DNA from: a virus
Taxonomy: Duplodnaviria > Caudoviricetes
Virus record (IMG/VR): IMGVR_UViG_3300033121_002193
Span: 32,001 to 96,000 of that record
DNA: 64,000 nt
Reading direction: 5' to 3' (one strand)
Part shown: piece by piece, positions 57,830-64,000 of the stretch
Layout: the number at the start of each line of letters is the position of its first letter
How positions within the stretch are numbered: position 1 is the stretch's first letter
Notes under the pieces: model-generated
The model's input: only the letters and a program-made list of their open reading frames with translations
Databases searched by the model: none
Told to the model about the DNA's origin: nothing
Position numbers and translations under genes: made by a program

Positions 57830-58401
57830 ATTTACATCCTTCCCCAGAAGAAATAACTGAAATAATTCATCAAGAAATTATAAAAAAACAAAAAAAAATA
57901 GATTTCAACAACTTTATGTTGATTTTCAAAGAAAAAAACTTTGATTTTTTCCCTTATTTTTCTTCAATAAAAGCATATGTGAAAAAATTAAATCTATCAA
58001 AGAATCAAATTTTTCAATTTATGGCAAAAATGGAAATTGCAGAACAAATGTTATTAGAAGGGGCAACTGAATATGAAATAAAAAATCAAACAAATATTCC
58101 AGATGAATTATTAGCTATAATTTTTCACAAATACTATAATCAAATACCTTTTGATATTATACAAGTAAAATTAACTCACTTTAGATTAATGCAGTTAATA
58201 ATCAACATGGAATCTTTTTATAAACAAATATTGGAAAAATATACCCCTGATGATAAAAAAAATTTCATAGATACATTTTATCACACCATTGTAGACATGA
58301 TTCATTTAAACGAACCATTTTATAGAAATTCACAATTAGTAGCTAATTTGTTAAAGGAAAAAAATGAAAATATCGTCAAAAAAATCAATAAATTTCAATG
58401 A
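57826..58401 (+). CDS. Hypothetical protein
   Basis: 191 aa, ATGA overlap. Confidence 0.55.
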   Translation: MNLHPSPEEITEIIHQEIIKKQKKIDFNNFMLIFKEKNFDFFPYFSSIKAYVKKLNLSKNQIFQFMAKMEIAEQMLLEGATEYEIKNQTNIPDELLAIIFHKYYNQIPFDIIQVKLTHFRLMQLIINMESFYKQILEKYTPDDKKNFIDTFYHTIVDMIHLNEPFYRNSQLVANLLKEKNENIVKKINKFQ

Positions 58402-59335
58402 TGTTAATTTGTTATCAATCAAACCTACTATCATAAAATCAAGAGATGAAATTGCATTTAATAATAATCGAATAATTGCAGCTCCAATGTCTGCGATTAT
58501 GGGGCATTCCTTTGTAAAAAAAGCTGCACAACTTGGAATTAGTTTGCCAATTCATCGTTTTTGTACAGTAGAAGAACAACAAGAATTATTACAAATTGCA
58601 ATTGAAAACAAAGCACTATTTAAAACAAAATCATTGCTGTGGCTTTGTGTTGGTTTACATGACTATAAACGCAGAATAGAAAAAAATATAGATGTATTAA
58701 AAGAAAATAATGTTGGCATTTTATTAGATGTTGCAAATGGATTTCATTTAGAAGTTAAAGATTGCATGCAAGAATTAAAAAAATACGAATGCAATAATAT
58801 TTTTACTGGAAATATTCATACATTGAGCGGTTGGAAATTTTTAGAAGATGTTGGTTCTGATTTTATTCGTGCTGGAATTGGAAACGGAGCGGCTTGTTCC
58901 ACTACTAACAATACAGGTATTGGACGAGGACAAATAACAATCGTTGATGAAATTTACAACGATGGGGTTTTTAGAAGTGCGGAATTAGTTAGCGATGGTG
59001 GAATAAAAGAACCTGGAGATGCCGCCAAGGCATTTGCTGCAGGTGCAGACTACGTAATGATAGGATCTATGTTTTCATACGCCAATGAAGCTGCATGCAA
59101 TGATACCGGTCATGGAATATTTTACGGTGGAGCTAGTAAAACTGCAAAAAATTTAATGCATCAAAAAACAAAAAACATAGAAGGAAAAGAACTTTCAATA
59201 GATCAAACAAAATTAAAATCTTTAGAAGAGATTGTCCAAGAATTATCTGATGGAATAAAAAGCAGTATTTCTTATTGTGGCTTTAGTTGTATTGAAAGTT
59301 TTATTGGACAAGGAGTGTTTGAAATAAAACTTTAA
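58364..59335 (+). CDS. guaC: GMP reductase / IMPDH-family protein
   Basis: AAPM, IHRF, LDVANG, GIGNGAACST (catalytic Cys), SDGGI, GADYVMIG, FYGGAS; no CBS domain. Confidence 0.8.
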   Translation: MKISSKKSINFNDVNLLSIKPTIIKSRDEIAFNNNRIIAAPMSAIMGHSFVKKAAQLGISLPIHRFCTVEEQQELLQIAIENKALFKTKSLLWLCVGLHDYKRRIEKNIDVLKENNVGILLDVANGFHLEVKDCMQELKKYECNNIFTGNIHTLSGWKFLEDVGSDFIRAGIGNGAACSTTNNTGIGRGQITIVDEIYNDGVFRSAELVSDGGIKEPGDAAKAFAAGADYVMIGSMFSYANEAACNDTGHGIFYGGASKTAKNLMHQKTKNIEGKELSIDQTKLKSLEEIVQELSDGIKSSISYCGFSCIESFIGQGVFEIKL

Positions 59336-59337
59336 AC

Positions 59338-60783
59338 TTAGCCAGTAACCCCATCACCCAAAACACTTGTACGTGGCAAATTTGCAGTAATACAACCGAA
59401 AGAATAATAAATCTTACGAATTGACGTGTCGATAGTAGCTGCATTCAAGGCTTCAAAAGGCACCAACATATGTTTTTCAATCCATTGTTCATCGAGTAAA
59501 AATGCAGTCGAAGAACCAGGAACTTTATTATTCAAATCTACAAACACTGTAGTTGCTAATCCAGAATTTGCAACTCGGCCAATAAATTTCATATTAGCTT
59601 TATTTGTTGCGCCAATTGTGCCAACAGAACGATAAACATTAAACCAACGAGCAGCATTACCAGCTGCAGGGGTAATTGTAATATTTACTAAATCACCAGC
59701 TGCAACAATGGTTACACTAGAAATTGCAGAACCAACCGTGCTTTCGCCCGCTTCGTTTTGTGCAGTAACATAGTAAGAATAAACTTGACCTGCACCAAAA
59801 GTAGTACCGTCAGCAGCACGAGCAACTGCAATTGTTGGATTACTTGGAGCCAAAGAACTTGTTTTTACAGGCGGACTGTTTTTACCACGTAAAAATACAG
59901 AACTTTGAATCATTACGTTTGTGTTTGTCACCCATTGCGTATTTATTTGAGCACCCTGTGCTTGTTGTGGCGTGCCCGCTAAAATAATTCGTTCTTTTGC
60001 TTGCGATTGTTTATTGTATGCAACTCTTTCATCTACGCCCAAATATAGTTTATTGGCTTCGCCATAATTATTAATACTTCTTTTTTGCATATCTTCAATA
60101 TTCGATTGAGACAAAACGCCACCAACAGGAACAATATTAGAATTTCCTGCACCGTATTCTGTCATCATCAAATCTTGTGTAGATAAATCCGTATCACTTT
60201 GACGAATTTGAACGTCAAGGCCTCTCATGCTTGGCATTGTTGCAGGAATTGCGGCCGGATTACCATCAAATAAACCACCGTTTGAAAAGTCTGCTTGACC
60301 ACGAAACATATCAAATTCAATATCGCCAGCAATCTTTTTTGCACAAGATTCTGCATTTCGTGCTTCATTATCCATTCCATCAAACGATTCTACTTTAGTT
60401 AAAGCAACGCTAGTGCGGCTATTTGTCGTATAAAACTTAATAGGCATAAACGCACGATGAAAATCTGGCGTATTATCTTGTCCTGCACTTACTTCTAATG
60501 TAGCAGAACTACCTAAAGTGCCATAGCTTAGTTGACGATTATATTCAACCGTCATTGATTTTGCTTTTTTTTCTGTTAATTGTTTTGTTAAAAACAAATG
60601 TTTGTCTTGATAAGTCGCCGTATACATAACTGGTGACAAATCTTCGATTTGAAGTGCCGCACCTTGTGTAAATCCGCCAGGATTACCTACACGATAACCT
60701 GCCTCTAGACCTTTTTCTAAGCGGCTATTATTAAGTGCTTCCATGATATACGTAAGTTTTTCTTTGATTGAATCCATTGACAT
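59338..60783 (-). CDS. Major capsid protein (K/SPO1-like)
   Basis: KGLEAGY..GAALQIEDL; IEFDMFRG; C-terminal insertion YYVTAQNEAGES..FNVYRS..FVDLN. Confidence 0.88.
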   Translation of the reverse strand: MSMDSIKEKLTYIMEALNNSRLEKGLEAGYRVGNPGGFTQGAALQIEDLSPVMYTATYQDKHLFLTKQLTEKKAKSMTVEYNRQLSYGTLGSSATLEVSAGQDNTPDFHRAFMPIKFYTTNSRTSVALTKVESFDGMDNEARNAESCAKKIAGDIEFDMFRGQADFSNGGLFDGNPAAIPATMPSMRGLDVQIRQSDTDLSTQDLMMTEYGAGNSNIVPVGGVLSQSNIEDMQKRSINNYGEANKLYLGVDERVAYNKQSQAKERIILAGTPQQAQGAQINTQWVTNTNVMIQSSVFLRGKNSPPVKTSSLAPSNPTIAVARAADGTTFGAGQVYSYYVTAQNEAGESTVGSAISSVTIVAAGDLVNITITPAAGNAARWFNVYRSVGTIGATNKANMKFIGRVANSGLATTVFVDLNNKVPGSSTAFLLDEQWIEKHMLVPFEALNAATIDTSIRKIYYSFGCITANLPRTSVLGDGVTG

Positions 60784-60811
60784 ATTTTTAGTCTCCCTAT
60801 GATTATATAAA

Positions 60812-61564
60812 CTATTTAATATTTAAAAATGCTTTAAGCTCGTCATCAAGCTTTAGATTTAAAGAATATTTGGTGATTTTAAGTCGATCTTCGTTTGATA
60901 AGCTTGGATCTTTTGCTTTTTCATTTAACTTTTTAATCAACTCATCGCGTTTCCAAGTTTTTTCTACAACATGTTCGCTTTTTGCTAAAAAGTTATTACC
61001 AGTCATTGCTTGACTTTGTGCTTTTGAAGAAATCTTTTCTAGACTTTTGGTCAAAGTAGATACTTGAGATTTTAAAGATTCTACTTCTTTCTTTAACAAT
61101 CCTTCTTTAGATGAACTTTTTTGTTCTTTTTTTTGCAATTGTTCTTTAGACTTTTTAACCAAAGTCAATGCATTTTGAACATTTTTGTTCATAATTTCTT
61201 CTACAAACATTTCTTCTTTTTCTTTTTCAGCTTTCATTTTAACTGCAAAAGCTTGATTAACAGCAATTAAATGGGCCATTAAATCATCTTCATCCAAACC
61301 CATATATTCTGCTACTAACTCACCGATACTTTGATGATGAAGCTCTTCTTCTAATTCTTCTTCTATGTGTTCTTCTTCTTTTTCTTCTACATCTGGCATT
61401 TTATCTTCTGCCTTTGGTTCTTCAGCTTTTACATCTTCTTTCTTCATTTCTTCTTCTTTTACTTCTTCTTTCATTTTAGCTTCTGATTTTTGCAAATTAT
61501 CGTATTCTTTTTGAACTTCTAAAATCAGCTGTTCAAAATCTTTAATTTCTAATTTGTTTGACAT
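60812..61564 (-). CDS. Probable capsid scaffolding protein
   Basis: Glu/Lys-rich coiled coil with repeated LxKS motifs, directly upstream of the MCP. Confidence 0.65.
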   Translation of the reverse strand: MSNKLEIKDFEQLILEVQKEYDNLQKSEAKMKEEVKEEEMKKEDVKAEEPKAEDKMPDVEEKEEEHIEEELEEELHHQSIGELVAEYMGLDEDDLMAHLIAVNQAFAVKMKAEKEKEEMFVEEIMNKNVQNALTLVKKSKEQLQKKEQKSSSKEGLLKKEVESLKSQVSTLTKSLEKISSKAQSQAMTGNNFLAKSEHVVEKTWKRDELIKKLNEKAKDPSLSNEDRLKITKYSLNLKLDDELKAFLNIK

Positions 61565-61586
61565 ACATTATTCCTTTCTTTAAATA

Positions 61587-62048
61587 TTATTGTGCAGTAA
61601 GTTTATTATAAATATCTGGATCAAGTGTAAGTTTTAGATTTGCTGCAGTAAAATCAGACACAGCAGGAACCGCACCGTTTGCACTTAAATAATATTTAAA
61701 AATACAACCAGTTTTTGCACATTCAGTATGCAAAATAGCAGAATTTGTTGCATTTAGATAAACCGCGTTTGCTACTGCGCCAGTTTCAACAACCATTTCA
61801 ACATCATGTGGTGCAAAATCTTCTTGAACTTGTCCAATTGAATTAACAAAAATCAAGCTTTCTGGCTTAATCCTAAGAACAACATTTTGTTCCGATGTGG
61901 CTGGTGTGCTGTCTTGATTAATCGTCAAAACAGGACACCCATTAACATCTACACTATCAATAAAAACATAAGTACTTGGAAGTTTAAACACCAAGTTGCG
62001 TTTTAAATCACGCATTTTTGCAAAAGCAGTTGCTGTACTATTTGCCAT
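61587..62048 (-). CDS. Putative head structural protein
   Basis: 153 aa, strong RBS, late motif upstream. Confidence 0.5.
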   Translation of the reverse strand: MANSTATAFAKMRDLKRNLVFKLPSTYVFIDSVDVNGCPVLTINQDSTPATSEQNVVLRIKPESLIFVNSIGQVQEDFAPHDVEMVVETGAVANAVYLNATNSAILHTECAKTGCIFKYYLSANGAVPAVSDFTAANLKLTLDPDIYNKLTAQ

Positions 62049-62087
62049 TTTTCAGTCTCCTTAAAAAAAGTTTAAAATACTAACTTT

Positions 62088-62095
62088 AGATTAAG
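62088..62095 (-). promoter_or_regulatory. Candidate late promoter motif CTTAATCT
   Basis: About 40 nt upstream of the 62048 start. Confidence 0.5.
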
Positions 62096-62125
62096 TTTTT
62101 GAAAAAAATGGTTTTTTTTAGAAAT

Positions 62126-62629
62126 TCACGAATTAAATGCAGAGATGATTTTTCTTACATGCCAATGAGAAGACAAATTTATTTTTAATTTTCGCTTTGC
62201 TTTATTTGGGCCATTTAACCAAGCGTAACCAATATAGGCAGGTTCTATTGTACCTAATTCTTTTACTATAAAATCATAATAAGTATAAGCTATTTGCTTT
62301 GATACTTGTGGATATTTTTTTAAATAGTCATTTAATTTGCAATTGTTATAATTAAGTAAAAATCGATAATTTGCATATTTTTCATCTCTGTTTATTATAT
62401 ATTTAATTGTTTGTGGCATTAATCCATATTTGCCTATAGCAAACTGATTATTTGGTAAAATTAAATGATTTATATTTTTACCATCATTAGACTCTACTAT
62501 TGATATTGCGCGCATTGTTTTGTTTTTAATGTTTTCTAGATACAATTTTGCAAAATCTTCTGTATTATCTATGTTAATGTTATTAGAATATAAATTAAGC
62601 AAAACAAAACACATCAAAAAAATAATCAT
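62126..62629 (-). CDS. Lysozyme-like / lytic transglycosylase with N-terminal hydrophobic segment
   Basis: AISIVES, AIGKYGLMP and YAWLNGP motifs. Confidence 0.65.
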   Translation of the reverse strand: MIIFLMCFVLLNLYSNNINIDNTEDFAKLYLENIKNKTMRAISIVESNDGKNINHLILPNNQFAIGKYGLMPQTIKYIINRDEKYANYRFLLNYNNCKLNDYLKKYPQVSKQIAYTYYDFIVKELGTIEPAYIGYAWLNGPNKAKRKLKINLSSHWHVRKIISAFNS

Positions 62630-62636
62630 GATTTTC

Positions 62637-63017
62637 TCACTTTATTTTTATTGTTCTTATTTGTGATACTTTATAATTTTTGTTTTTTGGTTTTTTTATT
62701 CCTGTTGAATACATTGTAGATTGAAGCTGTTGAGCAGAATTTATAGGATAATAACCTGCAGCTTCTTCTTTTTTAATATCATTAACTTTCTTTTTTTTAA
62801 AAATTGATTTTATAGTTTTTTTACACGCAGTATTTTTTTCAACAGGAGCATTTATCCCAGGAACAGCTTGTGCACTTTGTGCTTTTTGTTGAATTGGTTT
62901 GTTCATTGTTGGTTTTTTATTTGACAAAGAAGTTTTCTTTTCTGCCCACGTTTTAATAGCTTGTTGTTTTATTCTATCTGATAAAGGGATGTGTTTCATG
63001 TCAATCTCCATAATCAT
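62637..63017 (-). CDS. Basic hypothetical protein
   Basis: 126 aa, Lys-rich; likely start at MKHIPL. Confidence 0.5.
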   Translation of the reverse strand: MIMEIDMKHIPLSDRIKQQAIKTWAEKKTSLSNKKPTMNKPIQQKAQSAQAVPGINAPVEKNTACKKTIKSIFKKKKVNDIKKEEAAGYYPINSAQQLQSTMYSTGIKKPKNKNYKVSQIRTIKIK

Positions 63018-63747
63018 TAATTAAAAAATTATACGAAAACAACTTTGCTGCATTTAATTTGTTTTTCGATTTACTAAGAATTTGCTTTTTTTCATTTAAT
63101 TCTTGTTCAAAAACATCTAGTGAATTTTTAATATTGTTTATATTTTTTTCAACATTAAAAACATCTACAGTGCCATAACTACCTTTACATAAAATATTTT
63201 TAGAAACTTCGTTTGCCATTTTTTCATAAACTGCTTGTTCACTTTTTGTCAATTCTGGAATAATATCAGAGACACACGTATCATTACACGGGGACATGGT
63301 AAGTGCAACTCTTTTAGCGACAGCTCTTTTTATACTAGCATTATCTCTATCTAAAGTATCACCTTCTATAGAAAATCTAGCAGCAATAGGTAAATTTCTT
63401 TTTTTAAAATGATTTACAATTGAAGCGGCACTAATTGCTTCGGAATGTCCTTCATCATTAAATAATTCCGCAATTCCATAGACAAGAGGAACTTCACCAC
63501 TTTCTTTAAAACATTTTTTTTCGTGTTCACTTTCACAATCCTCATATTTAAAAATTTTCTTAGCATGTACAATTCTACCTAAGTAATTACTAAAGTTATT
63601 ATTATGATGCTCACTATTAAGATAAGATTCACCGCTATTTAAAGCAGAAATATCTAAACCTTTAATGTCTATTATTTCCCCGCTTTTATCTATGGTTTGA
63701 GAAGCAAATACACCACCAAGTCGTAAGCCTTTATTTAAATGTGTCAT
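63001..63747 (-). CDS. Prohead protease
   Basis: GVFASQTIDKSGEII..LNSEH..FSIEG..VALTMSPCN; K/SPO1-type. Confidence 0.85.
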   Translation of the reverse strand: MTHLNKGLRLGGVFASQTIDKSGEIIDIKGLDISALNSGESYLNSEHHNNNFSNYLGRIVHAKKIFKYEDCESEHEKKCFKESGEVPLVYGIAELFNDEGHSEAISAASIVNHFKKRNLPIAARFSIEGDTLDRDNASIKRAVAKRVALTMSPCNDTCVSDIIPELTKSEQAVYEKMANEVSKNILCKGSYGTVDVFNVEKNINNIKNSLDVFEQELNEKKQILSKSKNKLNAAKLFSYNFLINDYGD

Positions 63748-63765
63748 AAAATAATCCTGAAAAAA

Positions 63766-63773
63766 AGATTAAG
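63766..63773 (-). promoter_or_regulatory. Candidate late promoter motif CTTAATCT
   Basis: About 19 nt upstream of the protease start. Confidence 0.5.
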
Positions 63774-64000
63774 ATTATTTCCAAATATTGAATTTTAAAT
63801 ACTGTAAAATACACTCTAATTTGAAATTAATCAAAGAATCTTCAGTAATGTACTCTATTAGAGTTTTATTGTTAAAATACTGTCTTTTAATATGAAAATA
63901 ACTAGACATTATATCTCGTCTATTTCCATAGTAAAATTGCAAGTTATAATAAATTTTCAACAATTTCTCTACAATAGCTTGATTTTTTTCTGTATGTGGC

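Noticed and set aside
925-63963. Numerous short overlapping ORFs (e.g. 969, 8582, 20936, 22388, 26344, 33170, 42276, 44757, 59426)
   Set aside because: Shadow frames of well-supported genes with no independent motifs or RBS
1-64000. Stop-codon reassignment
   Set aside because: Core genes are full length in the standard bacterial code; broken genes are explained by frameshifts or IS insertions

Overview
AT-rich segment of a large contractile-tailed (myovirus) phage or prophage whose virion genes resemble SPO1/phage K (Herelleviridae-like) in sequence and order. The minus-strand morphogenesis genes are split in two: protease, scaffold and major capsid at 59.3-63.7 kb; neck, sheath, tube, holin, chaperones and tape measure at 0-14.8 kb. 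Between them lies about 44.5 kb of mostly plus-strand accessory DNA. That region holds: nucleotide metabolism genes (dut, frameshifted tmk and prs-like, guaC-like); tRNA-Asn; a Tad2/DUF2829-like gene; a myxobacterial TraA-like surface receptor; and three cargo-carrying insertion sequences (IS1595 with type III R-M, IS1-family with an RM+S system joined by an apparent -1 ribosomal frameshift, IS1595 with a Panacea TA pair). It also holds an array of five near-identical sigma70 promoter-leader cassettes driving shuffled MORN-variant and pentapeptide repeat genes, two copies of a stand-alone DarG C-terminal domain, and caspase-like, matrixin-like, ImmA-like and DUF262 genes. A CTTAATCT motif precedes structural genes (candidate late promoter). 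Family calls come from motif recognition by eye; no database searches were run.
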